From: an uncultured virus (IMG/VR IMGVR_UViG_3300015607_004939)
Taxonomy: Duplodnaviria; Heunggongvirae; Uroviricota; Caudoviricetes
Direction: 5' to 3' (one strand)
Length of the DNA: 64,000 nt
Virus record (IMG/VR): IMGVR_UViG_3300015607_004939
The notes under the pieces were generated by a model. That model did no database searches. It was not told where the DNA came from and worked only from the letters and a program-made list of their open reading frames with translations. Of this stretch, positions 19,196 to 27,499 are shown piece by piece; the first letter of the stretch is position 1, and every line of letters begins with the position of its first letter. A program made the translations under genes and the position numbers.

Positions 19196-19896
19196 ACGAG
19201 ATCAAGAGCCAGGACCTCCTGCTGTGGGAGAAGTGGAAGAAGAGCCGCTCGCCCACGGACCTCGAAGCCCTCATGCGTCATGTGGCGCCGCTCCTTCGCA
19301 GCGAGGTAAACCGCTGGAGCCGCATCGCGCCGGAGTTCCTCTTGGAGAACGAGGCCAAGCGCCTCGCGATCAAGGCGTTCGAGGACTACAACCCCAACCA
19401 TGTGCCCCCCACGGCCCTCGGGACGCACGTGAAGAACCACCTCCTGAAGCTCTCCCGTACGGCGTACAGCCGCCAGTCCACGCTGACCGTGCCGGAGGCC
19501 AAGCGTCTCACCTTCAATCAGGTCCAGCGCCAGCGCACGCTCCTGGAGGACCAGACGGGCAGACCCCCGACGTTGGAGGAGCTCGCCGACCACATGCGCC
19601 TCTCGCCCGCGCGACTGCACGCGTTGCAGAACGAGGTGAGCAAGCGCGAGTACATGGAGTCCGGCGAGGGCCCCTCGTTCGTTCAGCACACCGACGACCC
19701 GGAGGTCGTGCACCTCGCGTGGCACGACATGACGCCCGTTCAGCGGCAGATCTTCGAGATGCGCACGGGTTACAACGGCGCCAAGATCCTGCCCGGCGCC
19801 AAGATCATGCAGGAGACCGGCCTCACGCAGGGCCAGCTCTCCCACCAGATCGGCAAGATCCGCGACACCCTCGTGCGCGCCCAGAACCTACGCTAA
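19192..19896 (+). CDS. Sigma-70 family factor (group 3, FliA/SigB-like)
   Basis: KAFEDYNP region 2, GRPPTLEELADHMRLS region 3, C-terminal region 4 HTH. Confidence 0.8.
   Translation: MNEIKSQDLLLWEKWKKSRSPTDLEALMRHVAPLLRSEVNRWSRIAPEFLLENEAKRLAIKAFEDYNPNHVPPTALGTHVKNHLLKLSRTAYSRQSTLTVPEAKRLTFNQVQRQRTLLEDQTGRPPTLEELADHMRLSPARLHALQNEVSKREYMESGEGPSFVQHTDDPEVVHLAWHDMTPVQRQIFEMRTGYNGAKILPGAKIMQETGLTQGQLSHQIGKIRDTLVRAQNLR
19889..19894 (+). promoter_or_regulatory. -10 element TACGCT, leaderless
   Basis: 6 nt before GTG 19901. Confidence 0.5.
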
Positions 19897-19900
19897 CCCC

Positions 19901-21049
19901 GTGACCGGACAGGCCGCCACCGTCGTCTCCCAGGCCGTCAACGCGGAGGCGCAGGAGCGCCGCACGCGGGCGCGGGTGTACCTGAACGCAGCCGCCCCGG
20001 ACACGCGCTCGCAAGGCCGTTGGCTCTCCGAGGTGGGCTTCCTCGACACCTCCCCGGTGAGCTACGCGGAGATGAGCCCCTCGAACTTCGTGCCCGCCGA
20101 CGACCCCGAGGGGCGTGAGATCAACCAGATCTACCTCGTGCCGTACGGGCTGGAGCGGGACGCCGCCCTGCTCTCGGGAGCACGCCCGACGCGCTACCGC
20201 TCCTCGCGACGACAGGGGACCAACGGCACGGCCCCCTTCCCGGGCGCGCAGGGGCTCACCGGGGCCTCGGACCTCGACGAAGCAGGCGCCTCGCAGGCCA
20301 AGACCCTGGCGGTGCTGGCGGCCTTGCGTCAGGCGGACGGCGGCCCCGGCTACCACGCCGTGGTCACGCGCGCCGGGGCTGTCTACCTGTGCGGCCCGGC
20401 CGACGTGTCGGTCTCCCCCGTCGAGGACGCGGACAACGCCTTCTGCGTAGCGGTGGAGTCGGCCGTGACGCGCGGCCCCGAAGGCCAGCTCGCCGAGGCC
20501 ACCTGGACGGGGGCGCAGTTGGACGCGCTGGCCGTGCTCGTCGCCAAGCTGCGCGCGGCCTACCCGTCGCTCCTGCTCGACGAGGAGACGGGTGTGCGCC
20601 TCGTGGACCGGGAGACCCGCCCCGACGGCCTCGCGGCGTGGTTCGCCGGGGACGCGCCGGCCACCTTCACCCAACGCGTCGCCGACCTGGGAGAGTTCGA
20701 TGCAGCGACCGAAGTATTTCGTCGTTCGCCTCCTCCGTCGGCGCGCCGAGCAGAGGCGCAGGTCGCCGTCGGTACCGCCGACACGGCCGGCGAGAGCTCG
20801 CGAGTCCTCGCCGCGTACGTGGGGCTCGCCGCCGCCGAGCGCAGCCACGGCGTCTCGGAGCTGTCGCGCGCCAACGTGTTCGTCCAGCGGGCGCGCGTAG
20901 CGCACGTGTCGGGCGACGAGGGGGCCGAGGAGGCGGCTCATGCGGGGGCGGCCGACCAGCTCGTGCCGACCTTCCCCGAGGTCGTGGGCTACGAGCCCCA
21001 CGTCTACAACTTCGCCACCGGCCGGTGGGGCGACGGGGAGACCGCGTGA
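19901..21049 (+). CDS. Degenerate Amidase_2 (N-acetylmuramoyl-L-Ala amidase fold) protein
   Basis: GYHAVVTRAGAVY, NAFCVAVE, WTGAQLDALAVLVAKLRAAYP; zinc ligands appear lost. Confidence 0.55.
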   Translation: MTGQAATVVSQAVNAEAQERRTRARVYLNAAAPDTRSQGRWLSEVGFLDTSPVSYAEMSPSNFVPADDPEGREINQIYLVPYGLERDAALLSGARPTRYRSSRRQGTNGTAPFPGAQGLTGASDLDEAGASQAKTLAVLAALRQADGGPGYHAVVTRAGAVYLCGPADVSVSPVEDADNAFCVAVESAVTRGPEGQLAEATWTGAQLDALAVLVAKLRAAYPSLLLDEETGVRLVDRETRPDGLAAWFAGDAPATFTQRVADLGEFDAATEVFRRSPPPSARRAEAQVAVGTADTAGESSRVLAAYVGLAAAERSHGVSELSRANVFVQRARVAHVSGDEGAEEAAHAGAADQLVPTFPEVVGYEPHVYNFATGRWGDGETA

Positions 21050-21486
21050 GCCCCGACGTGCACATCCAGCTCATCGACCCGAGCGAGCAGGGGTGGAGGT
21101 CGATCTTCACCTTCGGGCCCACGGGCCCACGGGCCGTCACGGGTTCGATCAAGCTGCTCAACCGCTGGATCAAGGTCTTCATGACCCCGGTGAACTCGCA
21201 CCCCGTGCGCCGGAACGAGGGCACGAAGTTCTCGTCGCTCATCCGCTCGAACGTGAACTTCTCGCTCGTCCAGCCGGACATCCTGGAGGCCGTCGACGAC
21301 GCGACCGAGCAGGTCCGGGCCGAGGACCGCCGCACGCCGAGCCGCCCGCCCGACGAGGCGATCCAGAGCGCCACGGTCGTCCGCTTCAACCTCGTCGGTG
21401 CCTCCGGCGTGGAGTTCTGGGTCGAAGTCATCAACATGCTGGGCGAGCGCGTCCGCGTGCTCTTCCCTTACGCCTCGCGGCGTTAG
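21046..21486 (+). CDS. Baseplate wedge subunit (gp25/gpW-like)
   Basis: VTGSIKLLNRWIKVFMTPVNSHP...EGT pattern; directly upstream of J-like gene; GTGA coupling. Confidence 0.7.
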   Translation: MSPDVHIQLIDPSEQGWRSIFTFGPTGPRAVTGSIKLLNRWIKVFMTPVNSHPVRRNEGTKFSSLIRSNVNFSLVQPDILEAVDDATEQVRAEDRRTPSRPPDEAIQSATVVRFNLVGASGVEFWVEVINMLGERVRVLFPYASRR

Positions 21487-21492
21487 TATCCT
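21487..21492 (+). promoter_or_regulatory. -10 element TATCCT, leaderless
   Basis: 6 nt before ATG 21499. Confidence 0.6.
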
Positions 21493-21498
21493 TGGCCG

Positions 21499-23514
21499 AT
21501 GGCCACTCCGACCCCCGAAGAGCTGGCGGCCATGGCCGCCCGGATGCGCAACGTCCTCGCGACGCGCGTGAACGGCGACTACGGCGCCCAGAGCGTCCTC
21601 GGTGACCTCGTGGTCGACGCGCACACGGTCGTTCTCGCCGACGTGCTCGGCGAGGTCCAGGGATTGCGCCAACGGCAGTCTCTCCGGTCGCTCCGGCAGG
21701 CGCCCACCGGTCCCGACACCGACGAGGCCGTGGACTCGATCCTGTCGAATCTCTTCGTCGACCGCGACCAGGGCTCGTTCGCGCGCGGCGCGGCGCAAGT
21801 CTACTTCACCCAGCGCGTGGACACGCTCCTGCCGCGTACGACGAGGTTCTTCAAGACCACGTCGCTCGTCTTCTACGCCCGCACCACCGTGGACCTACTG
21901 ATCCCGGCGGCCTCCATGCGGGCCGTCTACGACGCGCGCGGGAGCGTCGTCTACTGGACCTACTCCGTCCCGCTGATCGCCGCCCGCACGGGCGACGCCT
22001 ACAACGTGGCGCCCGGACGGTTCTCGTCCGTGGACCCGTTCAGCCCCTACCTCGCCTACGCCGAGAACCTGCGCAAGTACGCCGGGGGCCTCGGCGTCGA
22101 GACGAGCAACAACCTCGTCGTGCGCGCGGCGTCCGCCATGAGCGTGCGGTCGCTCGTGAACGAGCGGTCGAACGACGCGCGACTGCGGGCGACATTCCCC
22201 GAGGTGCAGTCGGTGCTCTCGGTCGGCGCGGGGGACCCCGAGATGATCCGCGACCAGGTGAATAGCTACGGCGAGGGCCTGCCGATGCACGTGCTCGGGC
22301 ACACGGACATCTACGTGCGACTGCCGCGAGAAACGGTGACCCAGACCGTCACGGTGGGGGCCCCCGCCGCCAGGGCGGACGGGAAGAACCTCTCCTTCAC
22401 GGACCCAGGGCTCGCGGGCTCCGGCTTCGAGCAGTACGCCGTACAGGCCGGGGACGTGATGGTGGTGTCTGCGGGCCTCACGGACGCCCCCGGCCACTAC
22501 CGGGTGGCGGGCGTGCGGGGCAAGAGCCTGTCGATCGACGCGGGCCTGCCCTTCCCCGAGGCGACCGACGAGCTCACGAGCCCGCCGTCCGTGACGTACT
22601 CGATCGGCGACAACTGGCCCGCCTTCGACAACAAGGTGTCGACCACGACCAGCTCCTCGGCCCGCACGAGCCGCCAGATCGTCCGCGAGGGCGCGGCGAT
22701 CCTCCCCGGGGGCCCCGTCTACGCGATCTCGCGCATCGAGGTCCCGTCGCCCCCGACGGCGATCGAGGACTTCACCGACCCTGTCACGGGCTCGGTCCTC
22801 TTCTCCAGGCGCCTGAACTCGGACCCCGGGGCTCCCTCTCGCGGGCAGCCGCTCGCCTACCGCCTCGCGGTAGAGAACCCTGAGTCGGGCCAGTCCGATC
22901 AGGCGATCACCGTGCTCACCCTCGGCTGGCCGGGCGAGGACCTGGAGGGCACCGAGGTGCTCGTCACCTACGAGACGCTCGTGGGGTTCGACTCGCTGTC
23001 CGAACTCGTCTCCTCGCGGTCGGAGCGCGTCTCGGCGGCCAATGTTCTCGCGCGCGCCGAGCACCCGGTCTACGTCTCCTGCACCGTCCCCTACCGGCCT
23101 CGCACGCTGCCCACGAGCTTCGGGACCCAGGTGGCCACCGTGGACGAGGAGGCTGTGATCGAGGCGATCTCCGAGCTCATCGAGCAGGCACCGAGCGGCT
23201 CCCTGGACGTCACGGCCGTCACGCAGGCGGCCACCAAGGCCGAGCCCGACAACATCGGCGGCTACTACCCCTTCTCGGTGACCTACGAGCTGCTCCTGCC
23301 GGACGGTCGCGTGGCCAAGTACCAGACGCCCGATCAGGTGACGCTGCTCCTCGGCGGGCGCAGCGCCGCGCAGATCACCAACTACGCCGACCTGGGCCTC
23401 GCGCAGGGGGACACGGCCGGTTACAACGCGCTCCTGCGCCGGCTCGGCGTGAGCGACCGCGTCGTTCGTTACTTCACCGGGCCCGGCTCGGTGGCCCTGG
23501 ACCGGAGGGCGTGA
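21499..23514 (+). CDS. Baseplate J-like wedge protein
   Basis: DSILSNLFVDRDQGSFARG..VYF, AARTGDAYNV, GGLGVET motifs. Confidence 0.75.
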   Translation: MATPTPEELAAMAARMRNVLATRVNGDYGAQSVLGDLVVDAHTVVLADVLGEVQGLRQRQSLRSLRQAPTGPDTDEAVDSILSNLFVDRDQGSFARGAAQVYFTQRVDTLLPRTTRFFKTTSLVFYARTTVDLLIPAASMRAVYDARGSVVYWTYSVPLIAARTGDAYNVAPGRFSSVDPFSPYLAYAENLRKYAGGLGVETSNNLVVRAASAMSVRSLVNERSNDARLRATFPEVQSVLSVGAGDPEMIRDQVNSYGEGLPMHVLGHTDIYVRLPRETVTQTVTVGAPAARADGKNLSFTDPGLAGSGFEQYAVQAGDVMVVSAGLTDAPGHYRVAGVRGKSLSIDAGLPFPEATDELTSPPSVTYSIGDNWPAFDNKVSTTTSSSARTSRQIVREGAAILPGGPVYAISRIEVPSPPTAIEDFTDPVTGSVLFSRRLNSDPGAPSRGQPLAYRLAVENPESGQSDQAITVLTLGWPGEDLEGTEVLVTYETLVGFDSLSELVSSRSERVSAANVLARAEHPVYVSCTVPYRPRTLPTSFGTQVATVDEEAVIEAISELIEQAPSGSLDVTAVTQAATKAEPDNIGGYYPFSVTYELLLPDGRVAKYQTPDQVTLLLGGRSAAQITNYADLGLAQGDTAGYNALLRRLGVSDRVVRYFTGPGSVALDRRA

Positions 23515-23515
23515 C

Positions 23516-26500
23516 GTGCCGATGACCCCGCAAGGCGCGCGGACCTTCCTGCACGCCCTCTCCGACTTCTGGGTGCTGTACTTCCAGGACATGAAGGTCC
23601 TGGACGCCTACGCCGAAGGCATCGCCCTCAACACGGCGCAGCTCTACCAGACCTTCCTCGAAACGGTGCTCGGGTCCTCCCTCGCGGACGCGCCCCTCTT
23701 TGACCGAACCTTCTACGCGCCCTACGCCCTGCGCGAAGACGCGATCCGCTACATCGAGGGGGAAGGGCCGGACCAGGACCGCTGGCGCGTGGCGACCGGC
23801 GACGCCCTGCGCGGCGCGGACTACCTCGTCAACCGGATCATCGCGCCCACCGCGTTCCTGCGCCAAGGGCGAGAGTTCGAGGTCACGCCTGGGGCCTTCG
23901 ACTTCCGAGGGGAACCCTTCGAGGCCCTCGCCAACTTCCCAGTACGCTTCATCACCGTCGTCTCCCCGGGCGCCTGGAGGGACCCCCTGGGGCGCGGCTG
24001 GGACGGTGTGCGACCCGGCGACGCCTTCGTCTTGCAGATCGGCGGCGCCCAGGCCGAGGCCGTCGTCACTGGGACCGACGGACCTGTGATCCATCTCGAC
24101 TCAGCCCCGGTGCTCCTCTCCCAGAGCCTCGTCCGGCGGGGCGGGCGCGTGACGATCCTGCGCACCCCGTGGGATCGACAGGTCGTGGGCCGACTGCTAC
24201 CGGATCACCCCGAGTACTCCGAACGCCTCTCCACGGGGGCCAACGACGGAATGACCGTCATCGGCGGGAACGAAGTCAGCATCCTCGGGCTCTCGGGCTA
24301 CCGGGGGTCGTGGACGATCTCGACGGCCTACGCCGTGGGGGACCTCGTCTTCCGATCGGGGCGCGCGTGGCGGTGCCTGGAGGCGCACACGAGCGGCGGC
24401 TCCTTCGACCCCGCGCCGTGGGACGACCTCTCGCTCGGCTACGTCTACATGACGCACGTGGACGACCCGTCGCGCGACGGCCTCTACCCGCTCGGAACGC
24501 CTTCGATGGCTGGGCGCGTCCGGCTCACGGGCGCCGCCGACTTCACGCAGACCGGCTCGGTGCTCCTCCAGCGCGTCCGATACCAGGGTATCACCTCCGG
24601 TCCGGTGAACCTCCGTCTCGGGCACGAGTTCATCGACCCCGGGCTCGTAATCTCCTCGCGGCGGGAGGTGGCCCGTCGTGTGCGACAGGACGACGGCAGC
24701 TACGTCACCCACCCTGCGGGGGAGGCTGTGGAGGAGGGCGTCGACTGGTCGCTCGACGCGGAAGCCGGGCACGTTCGCGTCCTCTCGGCGTGGTCGCCGG
24801 GGGTCCCGGCCCGCGCGAGCTACACGTGGCGCCTGCTCGTGGCCAAGACCGGCCTGCCCTGGAAGGGGGCGCTCGCGGCGGGGCCGTACTCGCGGGGCGA
24901 CCTCCTCTCCTACGCGGGCGAGCCGTACGTCGTACGGGAGGACCACACCTCGGGGGGCTCCTTCGACCCCGCGCTTTACGCGCCCTTCGTCCCGCCCGCC
25001 GCCCTCGACGCGGAGCGCGTCGTGCGCGAGGCCGCCGTGTGGGCGACGGACGCGCTCGTCGACACCGGGAGGCTCTACGCGAACTTCGGGGCGCTCCTGG
25101 CCCCGGAGCGGGACTCCTCGGAGGTCTACCGGGCGTTCCTGACGGCCGTCTCCCGCCTCTTCCTCTTCGGGCCCACGCTGGAGCGCTTCGAGAGCGCGCT
25201 CAACGCCGTGGCGGGCCTGCCCCTCGTGCGCGAGGACGGGGAGGTGCTCCTGTCCTACTCCAGCGGCGTGGACGAGAGCGAGGGAGACAGCGCCGTGTAC
25301 GGCACTGCGATGGGGCAGAACGGGTCGCTCGACGCGGCGTCGGGGACCTTCGAGAGCCCGACGGCGGGGCTGTTCCCGAACGACGTGGGGGCCGTGATCG
25401 AGGTGCGTGAGGGCGGGCGCCTGGAACGCTACACCGTGACGGGCGTGGTCTCGGCCACCACCGCCCTGGTCACCCCCGTCCCGACCGCCGACGCGGAGCA
25501 CCTCCCGTGGAGCTACGACCACGTCGCGATGAAGAACCGCCTGCGCCTCGCGGGCAACGGGTACCGCTTCACCGACGAGGACATCGGCGCCTGGGTTCGG
25601 GTCACATCGACCGGCAACCCCCGCAACGTGGGCACCTTCCGCGTGCTCTCGATCGACGACCCGCTCACAGCGGAACTGGAGAGCGAGTACGGCTTCGTCG
25701 ACGCCGCGCCCGTCGCGTGGGACCTCTCTCGCTCGGGAGAGCAGGTCGTCGGCACGAGCCGCCGCGAGTACCGAGTGCCCCTCAACGTCCCCCTGCGCCA
25801 GGACCTAAGCGTCGGGCAGAGCCTGCGAGCCTTCACGCCACTCTCGACGGCCTTCGTCGCCGTCGACTACCTGGAGGACCCCTCCTGGTGGCACCGCGTG
25901 ACCATCCCCCAGGAGCTCCTCGGGGACGGCGCGGGGCCCCGAACGGTGTCGCCCGAGCTCATCGAGAACGTCTACGGCGCGCTCGACGGCGCCTCGTTCG
26001 GGGACCCCGGCTTCTACTACGGCGCCGACGAGACGGGACGACCCGGCACCGAGAGGAAGGGCGAAGCCGTCTGGTACGGAGCGCACGAGGTAGTGCTTGG
26101 GTTCGGTCCCGGCGTCCCGGTCGCGCGCGGGAGGGACGTGGGCGAGTACTTGGTGGTCCACACCGAGGGCTTCCGTGGCTGCTTCGAGATCACGAGCGTC
26201 TCTCAGGACGGCAAGCGGCTCGGGCTCGACCGGTTCCCGCCGCCGGAGGCGCACGGCGCCGTGCCGCCGCAGTCGATCACGGTGGAACTCCCGCCGCTCG
26301 TCTACCGGCGCACCGTCGGGTTCGTGCTCATGGACCGGACGCTCAAGTACCACTCCGTGCGGATCGAGGTGGACCCGTCGGTCGGGCTCACGCGGACGTT
26401 CCTCGAAGACACGCTGCGGATCATCTCGACGTCCAAGCCCACGCACGTGTTCCTCTTCTTCGACGCGATCACGAGCTTCGTAGACAGGGCCGAAGTGGAG

Positions 26501-27010
26501 GAGGCTCTCACGATCGCCATCGACTACGCGCTCCTCGACCAGATCCAGGCAGGGGACGCGACGGCCCTCGCGGCGGTGGCCCCCCTGCGCGCGGGCGACG
26601 CCTACCGGTTCGTCGCACGAACGGCCTCCATCTCAAGTGCGCCCGGAACCTACGCGCTCCCCACGACCCTGCCGTCCGGCACCTCGCCGGAGCGCACGCT
26701 CGTGAAGGTGCGCTTCGACCCGGCCGCGCGCGTGGGCGCGCGCCTCCCGACCGAGGGCGTGGACTACGACGTCGACTACGCGGGAGGCACCGTGACGATC
26801 CGCGCCGGGGTGACCCTGACCCCCACCCCGGTCACGGTGAGCTACCTGGACTGCATCCGGCGCCAGCTCGCCCCGTCCGACCCCCACGACCCCGGCGAGG
26901 TCGACTGGCTGGCGGGGGGCGCGGACCCCACCTTCGTCCGTCCGCCCGGTGCGCCGGTTTCAGCCGCCGCTATCGTCGACCGTGCGATTCAGATTACCCT
27001 TGGCCCGTGA
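23516..27010 (+). CDS. Baseplate wedge (I-like) protein with two CBM5/12-like modules
   Basis: YRAFLTAVSRLFLFGPT..ESALN, KPTHV; repeated modules Y..GDLV...HTSGGSFDP. Confidence 0.65.
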   Translation: MPMTPQGARTFLHALSDFWVLYFQDMKVLDAYAEGIALNTAQLYQTFLETVLGSSLADAPLFDRTFYAPYALREDAIRYIEGEGPDQDRWRVATGDALRGADYLVNRIIAPTAFLRQGREFEVTPGAFDFRGEPFEALANFPVRFITVVSPGAWRDPLGRGWDGVRPGDAFVLQIGGAQAEAVVTGTDGPVIHLDSAPVLLSQSLVRRGGRVTILRTPWDRQVVGRLLPDHPEYSERLSTGANDGMTVIGGNEVSILGLSGYRGSWTISTAYAVGDLVFRSGRAWRCLEAHTSGGSFDPAPWDDLSLGYVYMTHVDDPSRDGLYPLGTPSMAGRVRLTGAADFTQTGSVLLQRVRYQGITSGPVNLRLGHEFIDPGLVISSRREVARRVRQDDGSYVTHPAGEAVEEGVDWSLDAEAGHVRVLSAWSPGVPARASYTWRLLVAKTGLPWKGALAAGPYSRGDLLSYAGEPYVVREDHTSGGSFDPALYAPFVPPAALDAERVVREAAVWATDALVDTGRLYANFGALLAPERDSSEVYRAFLTAVSRLFLFGPTLERFESALNAVAGLPLVREDGEVLLSYSSGVDESEGDSAVYGTAMGQNGSLDAASGTFESPTAGLFPNDVGAVIEVREGGRLERYTVTGVVSATTALVTPVPTADAEHLPWSYDHVAMKNRLRLAGNGYRFTDEDIGAWVRVTSTGNPRNVGTFRVLSIDDPLTAELESEYGFVDAAPVAWDLSRSGEQVVGTSRREYRVPLNVPLRQDLSVGQSLRAFTPLSTAFVAVDYLEDPSWWHRVTIPQELLGDGAGPRTVSPELIENVYGALDGASFGDPGFYYGADETGRPGTERKGEAVWYGAHEVVLGFGPGVPVARGRDVGEYLVVHTEGFRGCFEITSVSQDGKRLGLDRFPPPEAHGAVPPQSITVELPPLVYRRTVGFVLMDRTLKYHSVRIEVDPSVGLTRTFLEDTLRIISTSKPTHVFLFFDAITSFVDRAEVEEALTIAIDYALLDQIQAGDATALAAVAPLRAGDAYRFVARTASISSAPGTYALPTTLPSGTSPERTLVKVRFDPAARVGARLPTEGVDYDVDYAGGTVTIRAGVTLTPTPVTVSYLDCIRRQLAPSDPHDPGEVDWLAGGADPTFVRPPGAPVSAAAIVDRAIQITLGP
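26995..27000 (+). promoter_or_regulatory. -10 element TACCCT, leaderless
   Basis: 6 nt before GTG 27007. Confidence 0.6.
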
Positions 27011-27492
27011 GCGCTCGAAGAGTTTCCGTCCGGGAGCCGTTCACCCTCCGGGGTGAGATCCAGATCGTCGTGCGCGGGGGTCCGCGCGTACGGCGTATCG
27101 CCGTGCGCAACACGATCCTTTACACGGGCCGGAACGCCCTCCTGTACCTCCTGGCACAGAACACGGGCTCCCCCACCGACTGGAAGCTGTCGCGCCTCAT
27201 CCCCGGCACCAACGGGTCGCCCCCGACGGCAGGCGACCCTGGGGCCTTGGCCCCGGTGGGCCTCTCCGACCAGATCGTGCTCGGCCCATCGGACGTGGTC
27301 GTCTCCCCCGGCACCGGGGAGCTCATCGTCACGGGCACGCTCCTCTCCACGCAGGCCAACGGCGCGGACCTGCGGGAGATCGTCCTCGGCATGGGCAACG
27401 GCGAGGCGTTCGCCCGACAGGTGACGCCCATCATCCCCAAGAACGACCCCCTCACCGTCACGTACACGTGGCGCATCGCCGTCGCCACCTGA
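27007..27492 (+). CDS. Tail collar / fibre-attachment-like protein
   Basis: NTILYTGRNAL...ANG..LREI..FAR...IPK..LTVTYTWRI pattern; TACCCT 6 nt upstream of GTG. Confidence 0.6.
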   Translation: MSARRVSVREPFTLRGEIQIVVRGGPRVRRIAVRNTILYTGRNALLYLLAQNTGSPTDWKLSRLIPGTNGSPPTAGDPGALAPVGLSDQIVLGPSDVVVSPGTGELIVTGTLLSTQANGADLREIVLGMGNGEAFARQVTPIIPKNDPLTVTYTWRIAVAT

Positions 27493-27499
27493 GCCCACC

